64,000 bases of DNA from Spirochaetota bacterium (GTDB lineage: Bacteria; Spirochaetota; UBA4802; UBA5550): NCBI GenBank assembly GCA_963664815.2, contig CAXXHB010000003.1:256001-320000 (forward strand), written 5' to 3'. A program made the translations under genes and the position numbers. Below are positions 1 to 9,584 of the stretch, piece after piece (the first letter of the stretch is position 1; each line of letters begins with the position of its first letter). The notes under the pieces are model-generated. The model did no database searches, was not told the origin of the DNA, and saw only the letters and a program-made list of their open reading frames with translations.

Positions 1-56
1 TTATTAGAGTTAAATATATGTTTATTCTGTCTTCTCCGGGGATAACCGGAGATTAT

Positions 57-281
57 TTGAAGAGACTACCGGCTGTCTTGTTATTATTATATTAATCTTT
101 CAGTTCTTCCATTGATGGCGCTATATCTGGAAAAATCGGAGAGGTGAATAAACTTACTTGTGAAATTGTTGTCAATAACGAAAACAGCGTAAGGCGGACA
201 GAAAAGAGAGATAGTTACTCGATTGAAAAATATAATATTATTTCCGGCAGCTATACACTGAAAGGAGAAAAGCTTCAGTAA
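57..281 (+). pseudogene. Possible disrupted gene for a small exported protein (internal TAA at 93-95)
   Basis: GGAG at 48-51, TTG at 57; frame reads MKRLPAVLLLLY*SFSSSIDGAISGKIGEVNKLTCEIVVNN... to TAA at 279-281. The signal-peptide-like start is interrupted by one stop. Confidence 0.35.
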
Positions 282-341
282 ACTAAGAAGGTGAAAAAGA
301 GTATTCAATTGAGAAGGTCAGGCCGGAGTCCGTTAATTAGT

Positions 342-369
342 TTGACAGATTGAAATTCACTATTAACCT
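342..369 (+). promoter_or_regulatory. Putative sigma70 promoter of the TPR-lipoprotein operon
   Basis: TTGACA (342-347), 16 nt, TAACCT. Confidence 0.4.
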
Positions 370-403
370 GTGCGGAGTTTTATTAAAGGGGCATAAACAC
401 TAA

Positions 404-2296
404 ATGAAAAAAATAATCACCTTGTTGCTGGCAGTATTCTTCCTGTACTTCAGTGTAAGTCTATATGCTGAAAAAGTTACAGATACAGAAGGATCAACTT
501 TATACAGTGAGGCTCTATATCTGAAAAACCTCGCGCTTCAGAGTAAAAATGATGAAGAGAAAAACAGCTGTCTCGATAAGGCCATAGAGAAGCTTGAAAA
601 AGCCAAAGATTCGGGAGAAGCTTTAGGGAGAGTATATTATCAGTTTTCAGAAATTTATTCTTTAAAAGGGGACGCACCTGCTTCTGAAAAATATGCAAAG
701 ACAGCAATTGAAAAAGAGAATAATTATTTCCCGCCGTATAACAAGCTTTATGGTATAATGATGAGCCGGAAAGAGTACAAGGAAGCTGCTGCTCTTATCG
801 AAAAGTATCTTGAGGCTGATCCTGATGAGCCATATGCTCTTTATCTGCTCGGCGTTCATTATTATAAATATCTGAATAATCCGGATAAATCACTTACTTT
901 TTTCGAGAGGGAGATTCTTGTATCAAAGAGCAAAGATGTGGCATCGTACTATCTTGAAAACTCATATTATAATATTGGATATATCTTTTATTCCAAAAAT
1001 GATAATATAAAGGCTTTCGCATATTTCAGCAAAGCATGGAGTATAAATGATACAAATAAAAATACTGCTTACATGCTTGCTCTTTCAGCATTCGGATACT
1101 ACAATTTTCCCGTAGCTGAAAAATATTCAACTATATATCTTAAAACGTCACCCGGTGATGTAAATATGGAATATCTTCTTGGAAGCGTGTATTATATTAA
1201 TGGAAATGATAAAGCCCTGGAATATCTCTCCAGAGTCAAACGGTCAAAGAGCTTTGAAGGACTTGTTGCGATGGGTTTATACTATGAACTTACAGGGGAG
1301 TATTCAAAAGCTGAAAATATAATAAATTCGGTTCTTAAGTACAGAGAGGATCTCATTACCCCCTATATTGCTGCTGCGCGGATTAAACTTAAAGGGAAAG
1401 ATAAGGAGGATGCATATAAGGCTCTTGTTTCAGCAGGGACTATCTGTTTCAGAAATAATGCATTCAACGCCGCGGAGAGCCTTTTCTATAAAGCCCTTCA
1501 GCTTAAGAGTGATGATAATGGTGATATATATTATTTTTTAGCCAGGACCCATGAAGAAAACAGAAACTACTCAATGGCTATCAGCTACTATAATAAATAT
1601 TTTAATTATACAAAAGAGAGTAATATACTTGTACACATTGGGTATATTTATGGAACACAGAATAAATTCAGCAGGGCATATGATTATTTTCTTAAGGCTG
1701 TTAAGAGTGATCCTGAAAATCCCGGAGCATATTTCTTCTGGGGGCTTGTACAGATTTGGGAAGGGAAAAACAGTGCAGCCAGGGATAATATTCTGAGGGC
1801 AATATCAATAAAGAATGATGAAGAAACTTATTACTTTTATCTTGCTGTCGCTTACGAGAAGCTTACGGATGTTGATAAATCTATAGAGAACTTGAAGCTT
1901 GCAATTAATTACAACAAAAACAGCGGAAGATCATACAACTATCTCGGGTACATTTATGCAGACAGGAACACGAACATTGATGAAGCGTTAACTCTTGTAC
2001 AGAAGGCTCTTGAACTGGAACCGGAGAATGGCGCATATCTTGATTCGCTTGGGTGGATCTATTACAGAAAAGGGGACTTTGTTTCCGCTTTGAAAAATCT
2101 TCTTACTGCCGAGGAGAAACTGGATGAAACAGAAAATCCTGATTATGTGGTATACGATCATCTTGGTGATACATATCTGAAACTTGACAATAAAGCTAAA
2201 GCGGTATTTTACTGGGAGAAGGCTCTTAAGCTGGAGAAGAACATCACGATTGAAAAAAAAATAGAAATGAACAGGGAACAGAAAAATGGTAAATAG
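404..2296 (+). CDS. Exported multi-TPR protein
   Basis: N-terminal signal peptide; many TPR repeats; C-terminal YNYLGYIYAD...ALELEPENGAYLDSLGWIYY...YDHLGD motif typical of periplasmic TPR scaffolds. Confidence 0.9.
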   Translation: MKKIITLLLAVFFLYFSVSLYAEKVTDTEGSTLYSEALYLKNLALQSKNDEEKNSCLDKAIEKLEKAKDSGEALGRVYYQFSEIYSLKGDAPASEKYAKTAIEKENNYFPPYNKLYGIMMSRKEYKEAAALIEKYLEADPDEPYALYLLGVHYYKYLNNPDKSLTFFEREILVSKSKDVASYYLENSYYNIGYIFYSKNDNIKAFAYFSKAWSINDTNKNTAYMLALSAFGYYNFPVAEKYSTIYLKTSPGDVNMEYLLGSVYYINGNDKALEYLSRVKRSKSFEGLVAMGLYYELTGEYSKAENIINSVLKYREDLITPYIAAARIKLKGKDKEDAYKALVSAGTICFRNNAFNAAESLFYKALQLKSDDNGDIYYFLARTHEENRNYSMAISYYNKYFNYTKESNILVHIGYIYGTQNKFSRAYDYFLKAVKSDPENPGAYFFWGLVQIWEGKNSAARDNILRAISIKNDEETYYFYLAVAYEKLTDVDKSIENLKLAINYNKNSGRSYNYLGYIYADRNTNIDEALTLVQKALELEPENGAYLDSLGWIYYRKGDFVSALKNLLTAEEKLDETENPDYVVYDHLGDTYLKLDNKAKAVFYWEKALKLEKNITIEKKIEMNREQKNGK

Positions 2297-3074
2297 ATTT
2301 CTTCTAATTATTTTTTTTATAATTTTTATTTCATCATGCTCTTCAGTTCAGAAATCCGAACTGAATGAGGCGGAAAATCTGAAAGCAAAGAAGTACCTTG
2401 CACTTGTCAGTGAAATCAGCAATTCCTCCCCGGGAACAATATCATCATCATTTACTGCTGACGGTAATAACGGGGAAAAAAAATTCCGTGTGGAGGGTAA
2501 AATTGCTTTTGATAAACGAGGATACTATAAAATTATAATTTCTGATTATGTTTTTCAAAGTCCGGTAGTGGAAGCTTACAGGGATCTCGACCTTTTATAT
2601 TTTTATTACCCTGCTGAGAAACAACTTCTGATTGATGATGTAAAAAAAATTGATCTTTCTTCCTATACGGGTTTCAAAGCGGATTATAAAATGATATATA
2701 CACTTTTTACAGGTGGAATTCCTCTTCTTGAAAAATATAAGATATATAAATTCCTTTATGATGAAAAGGAGAAGGGATACTATCTGATTGTTGAAAATGA
2801 TGATTATTATGAAAATATCTTTTTCAGAGAAGAAATTCCGGAAAAGATTCTCTTTATTCATAAACTGAGCAGGGATAAGGCTGAAATATATTTAAAATCG
2901 GAAATAAAAAACGGTAAAAGTATTTTCTTTAAGAGTTATAAAATTGTCATCCCCTCTGCCAACACAGGAATTAATATCAGTTTTGTAAAACCTGTTCTGA
3001 ATTCTGCTGTGACAGTTGATAAACTTAACAGAGAAAAATTGTCGAAAAAAACCGGAATTATTAAAATAAACTGA
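2286..3074 (+). CDS. Lipoprotein, DUF4292/LolB-like fold candidate
   Basis: Hydrophobic leader ending in ISSC lipobox; beta-strand-rich sequence; overlaps the TPR gene by 11 nt. Confidence 0.65.
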   Translation: MVNRFLLIIFFIIFISSCSSVQKSELNEAENLKAKKYLALVSEISNSSPGTISSSFTADGNNGEKKFRVEGKIAFDKRGYYKIIISDYVFQSPVVEAYRDLDLLYFYYPAEKQLLIDDVKKIDLSSYTGFKADYKMIYTLFTGGIPLLEKYKIYKFLYDEKEKGYYLIVENDDYYENIFFREEIPEKILFIHKLSRDKAEIYLKSEIKNGKSIFFKSYKIVIPSANTGINISFVKPVLNSAVTVDKLNREKLSKKTGIIKIN

Positions 3075-3087
3075 AGAGACGCGGCTT

Positions 3088-5406
3088 TCAGCCGCATCTT
3101 GAAAAACCGCATCCCCGGCAGACCGAGCATCCGGACTCAAATTCCATCGGGCCATGACAATCAGGGCATACGCCTGTAACCATACTGTCGTGGCTTTTGC
3201 CATTTGTTTCTGCAATAAACTTAGCCCTGTCTGCAAGCTGGTTTTCACTCTTGGCGTTTTCTATACCGGCATATCTTTCAATAGCCTTCGCAATCGCATC
3301 TGAACAGGAATAAATTCGTCCTCCTTTTTCCCATGACTGATTGGGGCACCGGACGCCTTTAAGCTGTTTAATTATCTGTTCTTTATCCACGCCGGCCCTC
3401 ATGGCGAGTGAAACCAGCCGTCCTATTGCTTCAGTCTGGCTTGATGCACATCCGCCCCCTTTACCCATTGCTGCAAAAACTTCGAATATACCCTGCTCAT
3501 CTTCGTTTATTGTAACATAAAGCGAACCGCATCCTGTATTCATTTTTCTTGTTGCGCCCCATGTTACTTCATGTCTTGGGCGTGGTGCAAGAGCCCTGAA
3601 TATCTCAACAGGCTTTTTATTCTCATTGTTCTCATTTTGTGAAGATATCTGAAGCACCTGATTGTCTCTTGAACCGTCGCGGTAAACAGTTACACCCTTG
3701 CAGTCAAGTTCATATGCCATATCATATACCTGACGTATGTTTTCAACAGAGGCGCTGTTGGGAAAATTCACAGTTTTGGAAACGGCGTTATCGACATATT
3801 TCTGGAAGACTGCCTGTGTTTTTATATGCCATTCAGGCCGGATATCATGTGCTGTTACGAATATTTTTTTAATATTTGCAGGGAGTTCATCTATGTTGTG
3901 GGCGGATCCTTCGTCAGCGATTCTTTCCATTATCGCATTGAAGTTTATTTTTTCCCCCAGGTCCTTAACCGCATCGACAAATGCGGGATTAGATTCAATG
4001 AGTCTGTTGTTATCCATTACGTTACGGACATAAGCCAGTGCGAAGAGAGGTTCAATTCCGCTTGATGAGTCTGCTATAATACTTATAGTACCGGTTGGAG
4101 CGATTGTTGTCGTAGTCGCATTACGAAGTGGTTTATTTCCCCGTTCCGCATAGTCCGAAAGGGGAAAGTTCGGGAATGCCCCGCGCTTCTCTGCAAGTTT
4201 TTCCGACATTCTTTTGGACTCATTCTGTATTGTGGACATTATCTTCTCGGCTGTTTCTACTCCTTCGCTGGAATCGTATGGAATTCCAAGTTTTATCAGG
4301 ACATCTGCGTAACCCATAATTCCGAGGCCGATTTTTCTGTTTGCTTTAGTTTTTTCTTCTATCTCTTTCAGCGGATAAGAATTCATGTCTATGACATTAT
4401 CAAGGAAGTGTACTGCGTCGCGGGTAATTTCTTTCAACAGGGTAAAATCGATCTCTGTTTTGCCTTCTGTCTGTTTTAAAGTTTTATTTAAATTTATTGA
4501 TCCGAGATTACATGATTCATATGGGAGGAGAGGCTGTTCACCGCACGGGTTTGTGCTTTCAATTAGGCCGACTTTTTTCAGCGGATTATGCCTGTTTATT
4601 CTGTCAATAAATACAATTCCCGGTTCCCCGTTTTTCCATGCCATCTCGGTAATAAGATCATATACTTTTTTTGCATTCAGGCTCCCGCAGGTTTCTCCTG
4701 TACGCGGATTTTTTAGATCGTAATCTTCATTGTCTTTTACTGCGCTCATGAAGCTGTCTGACAATGCCACGGATATATTGAAATTTGTCAGAGATGAAAG
4801 ATCTGATTTGGCCTGTATAAAATCCATGATGTCAGGATGATCAATGTTGAGAATGGCCATATTTGCACCGCGTCGCGTTCCACCCTGCTTTACGGTTTCT
4901 GTCGCCGAATTAAAAATATTCATGAATGAAACAGGTCCGCTCGAAACTCCGGCGGTGCTGCTTACCATATCGTTTTTCGGTCTCAATTTTGAAAAAGAAA
5001 AACCTGTTCCTCCCCCGCTTTTATGGATGAGTGCCATGTTTTTGAGAGAATCAAATATATCTTCCATGGAATCCTCAACCGGAAGGACAAAACAGGCGGA
5101 GAGCTGTCCAAGCGGCCGGCCGGCATTCATCAGCGTGGGGCTGTTCGGCATAAATTTTAATTCAGCCATGAGTTCATAGAATTTTGATGCTGTTTTACCT
5201 GTTTCAGTTTCATCTGATCCATATAATGTATCTGCATATGCGACAAAACCGGCTACTCTTTTAAATAATTCTTCCGGTGTTTCTATTATATCGCCATTAC
5301 TGTTGCGCATAAGATATCTTCTTTCTAGAACCGTGACTGAGTTTTTTGAAAGTACAGGTTTTATTGCTGAATTTATTTTTACAGGGTTTTGAATGATACT
5401 GTTCAT
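3088..5406 (-). CDS. nrdJ: Vitamin B12-dependent (class II) ribonucleotide reductase with C-terminal TSCPD-like domain and Zn ribbon
   Basis: PNSPTLMNAG, LSACFV, GGGTG, TNPCGEQ, TIAPTGTIS, VYRDGSR motifs; C-terminal SCSDAIA and CPDC...CRGC; no nrdB adjacent. Confidence 0.95.
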   Translation of the reverse strand: MNSIIQNPVKINSAIKPVLSKNSVTVLERRYLMRNSNGDIIETPEELFKRVAGFVAYADTLYGSDETETGKTASKFYELMAELKFMPNSPTLMNAGRPLGQLSACFVLPVEDSMEDIFDSLKNMALIHKSGGGTGFSFSKLRPKNDMVSSTAGVSSGPVSFMNIFNSATETVKQGGTRRGANMAILNIDHPDIMDFIQAKSDLSSLTNFNISVALSDSFMSAVKDNEDYDLKNPRTGETCGSLNAKKVYDLITEMAWKNGEPGIVFIDRINRHNPLKKVGLIESTNPCGEQPLLPYESCNLGSINLNKTLKQTEGKTEIDFTLLKEITRDAVHFLDNVIDMNSYPLKEIEEKTKANRKIGLGIMGYADVLIKLGIPYDSSEGVETAEKIMSTIQNESKRMSEKLAEKRGAFPNFPLSDYAERGNKPLRNATTTTIAPTGTISIIADSSSGIEPLFALAYVRNVMDNNRLIESNPAFVDAVKDLGEKINFNAIMERIADEGSAHNIDELPANIKKIFVTAHDIRPEWHIKTQAVFQKYVDNAVSKTVNFPNSASVENIRQVYDMAYELDCKGVTVYRDGSRDNQVLQISSQNENNENKKPVEIFRALAPRPRHEVTWGATRKMNTGCGSLYVTINEDEQGIFEVFAAMGKGGGCASSQTEAIGRLVSLAMRAGVDKEQIIKQLKGVRCPNQSWEKGGRIYSCSDAIAKAIERYAGIENAKSENQLADRAKFIAETNGKSHDSMVTGVCPDCHGPMEFESGCSVCRGCGFSRCG

Positions 5407-5540
5407 ATTTTTCCTCTATTTATTATTAATATGTAATTGTTTCGTGTTTTTAGTTGATTCTGTTTTACTAAATATTTTGTTTTTTACAGCCTAAGGTCGC
5501 ATTATGCCCATTGTTGTCCCGGATTATTGATAAACCTTTC

Positions 5541-6317
5541 TTATACCACTTTCTGTCCTGTTGATTGTATTTCAATATTAAACCAGGATTTGTTAATTTC
5601 TCCGGCATGGATTTTAAGATCAAACAGTATTTTGAAACCTATCCATACAAAAATAAAAACAGCGCTTCTGAATCCTGAAATAAAGAGTGTAATGGCACCG
5701 AATATGATAGTAAGATGCATTACTACAATACGCTTATATGGCCTCATCATATAGTTTTCAGGCTTAATATAATTGTATTCTCTTGTTCTGATGAAATAAA
5801 GATAAAATGAGACAAAATGACTTAAAATAAGCGCAATAATCGCAGAAAATTCCGATTCAAGTATGTCGGTTGGTGTAAAATTTTTCGGAATAAAGCCGCT
5901 AAAGGCTGACAAAAAAGCAGTAGATCCTCCAGCTGACTTTGCATTCTTTGCCAGTGACAGGAACATGAAAATAACAATAAATATACCATGTACAAGCATA
6001 AACATACCGTAATGAACGATAAAAAAAGCACATAAACCAGCTGTTTTATTAAAATCCGACATGGAAAATTTACCATTATCAATCAGACCACTGATAAACA
6101 TTTTCAACAGGTTGAATATGCCGATTATCAGGCTTTCACCCCAGTAAATCAACAACAGAGTGTATGGATTCCATCCTGAAATAACCACTCCGATTATCGG
6201 GATAGAATTTGCCACTACAATAAATAAAACCGAAATGAAACCTTTCCGGTTGGATGGTTTGAAAAATGGAAGCAACTCATCCATAAATGACAAAATTAAA
6301 GATAATATTCTATTCAT
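5541..6317 (-). CDS. DUF6498-like membrane protein
   Basis: YWGESLIIG, FFIVHYGMF, PYKRIVVMHLTII motifs; multiple TM helices; start moved to ATG 6317 because a promoter occupies the longer ORF's 5' end. Confidence 0.75.
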   Translation of the reverse strand: MNRILSLILSFMDELLPFFKPSNRKGFISVLFIVVANSIPIIGVVISGWNPYTLLLIYWGESLIIGIFNLLKMFISGLIDNGKFSMSDFNKTAGLCAFFIVHYGMFMLVHGIFIVIFMFLSLAKNAKSAGGSTAFLSAFSGFIPKNFTPTDILESEFSAIIALILSHFVSFYLYFIRTREYNYIKPENYMMRPYKRIVVMHLTIIFGAITLFISGFRSAVFIFVWIGFKILFDLKIHAGEINKSWFNIEIQSTGQKVV

Positions 6318-6324
6318 GGTTATT

Positions 6325-6398
6325 ATTATGTCACATTGCATTTTAGTGTCAATATTTTTATAGTGGTTTGTTGACATTTAAGTTTTAGTAGATATCTT
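6325..6398. promoter_or_regulatory. Back-to-back sigma70-like promoters
   Basis: Minus strand TTGACA(6352-6347)-16-CATAAT(6330-6325); plus strand TTGACA(6371-6376)-16-TATCTT(6393-6398). Confidence 0.55.
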
Positions 6399-6431
6399 TA
6401 TTGGATATATGTTAAAAGAGGATTTATAAAT

Positions 6432-6987
6432 ATGGAATTGACAGCCAGACAGAATCTGGAGAGAAGAGGGGCATTTTTCTTTCTTATTGCTTATGGGCTT
6501 CTTTTTATAATTTCATTTTTACTTCAGTTAGCAACAAAACTGCCTTTTGCACAAATAGTTCCCGGTATTGTTGTAAATTCATTTAACATGATTATGGCAT
6601 TTATAATTTTCAGTAAAAAAAAGAGAGGTAAAAAATCAGATATTCTTCCATGGATTATAGGATTTATCAGTGTATGTGCCCCTATGATGGTAAAATTCAA
6701 CTATGCTGTGCACGAAGGGTGGGCCTTTGCCGTTCAGTCAACTAATACATCAATTATGATGGCCGGGTATGCTGTAATGCTTTATCTGTTTTATCAGCCT
6801 AATCTCTACTGGTTTTATTCGGTTCTTTCCATTATAAACTGGGTTTTATTCCTGTACATTGCATATCGTCAATGTGCGGAGATACATTTTGTCGCGCATA
6901 TAAACGGTGTTCCTGTTACCTCCGGGCTTATATTGATGAGAGAAATTTTTCTGATTTAACATGGCAGTCATGCCGATAATTAAATAG
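6432..6987 (+). pseudogene. Truncated tandem duplicate of the downstream MCP's membrane sensor domain
   Basis: The 175-aa ORF (6432-6959) aligns end to end with the N-terminus of 7028-8608; similarity continues in a shifted frame to TAG at 6985-6987; no signalling domain. Confidence 0.7.
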
Positions 6988-7027
6988 AAAGCAGTATAAG
7001 AATTTATTCTGGATTCAAAGAGGACTT

Positions 7028-8608
7028 ATGAGTATAGAACTGACAGCACGGCAACACCTCGAGAAAAGGGGTGTATTTTTTTTCATGATAGCATTTGGAC
7101 TTCTTTTTATCTTTTCACTTATTTTGCAGATAGCTTCAGGGCTCCCTGTCTCTCAGGTAGTTCCCAGTATCATTATAAATCTGTTTAACATGTTTCTTGC
7201 TTTTATCGTATATAATAAAAAACGGAAAGGGGAGAAATCTAATATAATCCCATGGATTCTCGGATTTATAACAGTAACGGTACCAGTCTTTGTAAAGTAT
7301 ACATATGTTCTTCACGATGGATGGACTTTCGCAGTTCAATCGGCGAGTTCTTCTGTCCTGATGATCTGTTTTGCAGTTATGCTTTATCTCTTTTACCAGC
7401 CGAATCTGTATAAGTTTTTTGCATTTTATTCAATTGGAAACTGGATTTTATTTTTGTATCTGGCGTATAAAAATGGTGCGGAACTTTATTTTGTCACGCA
7501 TATAAACGGTGTTCCTGTTACCTCCGGGCTTATAATCTCGAGGGAGATTTATATGATAATGACAATGTCAATAGTTCTTCTTGTAGCGTACAGAAACATA
7601 CCGGATATAACAAAGTACGAGGAACAGATTGAGAAGCAGACTGACCAGATAAAGAAACAGGCAATTGCACAAAGGGCAATGACAGAGATTATAAAGGAGA
7701 AAATGAATATACTTTTTAAGAAAGTGGACGGGCAGCATGAACTTATCAACAGATTTAACCTGAAGCTTGAGACTCAGGCGTCGAGTTTTTCGGAGATGTC
7801 GGCAACAATGGAAGAGCTTGCCGGTTCAGCGGAACAGATAGCAACGGAATCGATAACGCAGGTTGACGGTAATGTGAGGATGGAATCGATAGTTGATGAA
7901 TTCAAGAATATTCAGGTGGAGACCAAGCAGAACCTTTCAGAAACGTATGCCGATATTCAGTCAGTCTCGGATAAGAGTACTGTTGCGAATGAGCAGCTGA
8001 TGGAAGTTGAGAAAACTGTTGTGGCAATAAAGGAGCAGAGCGGACGTATAGGAGACACTGTAAACCTTATCGTAGATATAGCGGACAAGATAAACCTTCT
8101 GTCGCTGAATGCATCGATTGAGGCTGCCCGCGCCGGCGAGGCTGGCCGGGGATTTGCCGTTGTTGCAGACGAGATAGGTAAGCTTGCATTTCAGACTCAG
8201 GAGAGCATAAAGGAGATAAACAGCGTACTCTCTGTCAGTTCAAAGAACACAGTGGATGGAGTTGCGGTAATTCAGCAGACAGCAGAGATGATGCGCCAGA
8301 TGATAGCGCATATGGGGCAGGGTGCTCATAAGATACAGCTTCTCCAGGAGAGTATTTTTATAGAGGAGAAGTACATCAAGATAATAATAGGGCAGATGAA
8401 CGACAATATATCGCTGGCGAAGAAAATCGGTACTGCAACAGATGAACAGAAGGTCGCTGTTGAATCGACATCGCAGGCGCTTGAGGATCTGATTGTAATA
8501 CTGAATGAAATGGTTTCAGAGATGAAAGAGCTGACAAAGGTTGCGCATGAGATTCATGAAAATGCGGTTGATGTAATGGTTGATACGGAAAAAGCCGTTA
8601 AGGCATAG
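7028..8608 (+). CDS. Methyl-accepting chemotaxis protein with multi-TM N-terminal sensor
   Basis: [37 protein letters not shown] signalling hairpin; about 6 TM helices at the N-terminus. Confidence 0.93.
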   Translation: MSIELTARQHLEKRGVFFFMIAFGLLFIFSLILQIASGLPVSQVVPSIIINLFNMFLAFIVYNKKRKGEKSNIIPWILGFITVTVPVFVKYTYVLHDGWTFAVQSASSSVLMICFAVMLYLFYQPNLYKFFAFYSIGNWILFLYLAYKNGAELYFVTHINGVPVTSGLIISREIYMIMTMSIVLLVAYRNIPDITKYEEQIEKQTDQIKKQAIAQRAMTEIIKEKMNILFKKVDGQHELINRFNLKLETQASSFSEMSATMEELAGSAEQIATESITQVDGNVRMESIVDEFKNIQVETKQNLSETYADIQSVSDKSTVANEQLMEVEKTVVAIKEQSGRIGDTVNLIVDIADKINLLSLNASIEAARAGEAGRGFAVVADEIGKLAFQTQESIKEINSVLSVSSKNTVDGVAVIQQTAEMMRQMIAHMGQGAHKIQLLQESIFIEEKYIKIIIGQMNDNISLAKKIGTATDEQKVAVESTSQALEDLIVILNEMVSEMKELTKVAHEIHENAVDVMVDTEKAVKA

Positions 8609-8651
8609 TTGATTTTTATTTAGTGATAGTTCAGATTGAACTGAAGAATAA

Positions 8652-8678
8652 AAACGCCCTTCAATCTTGAGGGCGTTT
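8652..8678. terminator. Probable bidirectional intrinsic terminator
   Basis: AAACGCCCT...AGGGCGTTT stem between convergent genes. Confidence 0.75.
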
Positions 8679-8685
8679 CATGTAT

Positions 8686-9468
8686 TCATTTAACAGTACC
8701 CGCATAGTCAATAAGCGGCTGCAATCCATCAAGATATCCTGAATGGGAAAAGACTATATTTCTGATTTCGTTTTTACGGGGAATCAGTTTCCACGCCAGA
8801 GCTTTCAGAGATCTGTTCTGCTGCTCAACATCCGAACTGAAAATCCATACAGCATGTTTAAACTTCCCGTCAGAGGACGAAAGAGCCGCATCACCCAGAA
8901 ACAATGTACCTGATACAAGATAAGCCGCACCCCCCTCTGTATGGCCGGGAATGGAAAAAACCTCAACTTTCAGCAGACCCAGACTTATTGTTTCGCCATC
9001 TTTCAGTATGCCTGTAACTTTTAAACCTGTAGGCTTTGGTGAAAATATGCGCCCCATGGGCGAATGGCTGTTTTTCATCCCTTCGGCGATTTCAACCTCT
9101 TCTCTGGTAGAATAAACTTCTGCCCGGGTAAAAACTTTTGCAGCCGCAATATGATCGGGATGTCCATGTGTCAGAAAAATAGCTTTAACGTCTGAAGGTT
9201 TAAATCCTCTTGATGCAAGCGCGTCAATTACAGGTTTACCATCGGGGGAATTTCCGGCATCTATTAGTCCAATTTCATGGTTTCCTCCATCAATGATAAA
9301 CACCTGGCTCATTCCGTCGATTACATTAAATATTTTTCCTTTGGCATATTCTGTGTTTGGCTGAATTTTTTTTGTACCAAGAAACGGTAAGACAAACAGA
9401 AAGAATACTGTAAAAGTTATAACAAGAAACAGAACTGCTGTTGCAATAATAATCTTTTTAAAATTCAT
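8686..9468 (-). CDS. Membrane-anchored MBL-fold metallo-hydrolase
   Basis: THGHPDH, PGHT, FLGD, FSH metal ligands; N-terminal TM; AGGAGG SD before ATG 9468. Confidence 0.88.
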   Translation of the reverse strand: MNFKKIIIATAVLFLVITFTVFFLFVLPFLGTKKIQPNTEYAKGKIFNVIDGMSQVFIIDGGNHEIGLIDAGNSPDGKPVIDALASRGFKPSDVKAIFLTHGHPDHIAAAKVFTRAEVYSTREEVEIAEGMKNSHSPMGRIFSPKPTGLKVTGILKDGETISLGLLKVEVFSIPGHTEGGAAYLVSGTLFLGDAALSSSDGKFKHAVWIFSSDVEQQNRSLKALAWKLIPRKNEIRNIVFSHSGYLDGLQPLIDYAGTVK

Positions 9469-9584
9469 AAGCTTCCTCCTGAAGTGCAATATTTTAAGGT
9501 TGTACTGATTTATGTTTATTAACAGCATATAAAACAATTACATGATCAAGCCATTCTTTAGTAAAAGAGTCCGATATTTATAAA

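Noticed and set aside
87-308. 73-aa minus-strand ORF
   Set aside because: No SD or motif; better explained as the antisense shadow of the disrupted plus-strand frame at 57-281.
3088-5406. Intein or intron in nrdJ
   Set aside because: Length and motif spacing are normal; no splice-junction or homing-endonuclease motifs.
5407-5540. Possible NrdR box upstream of nrdJ (ACTAAATATTTTGT)
   Set aside because: Spacing does not fit the 16-bp NrdR consensus, there is no tandem second box, and the background is AT-rich.
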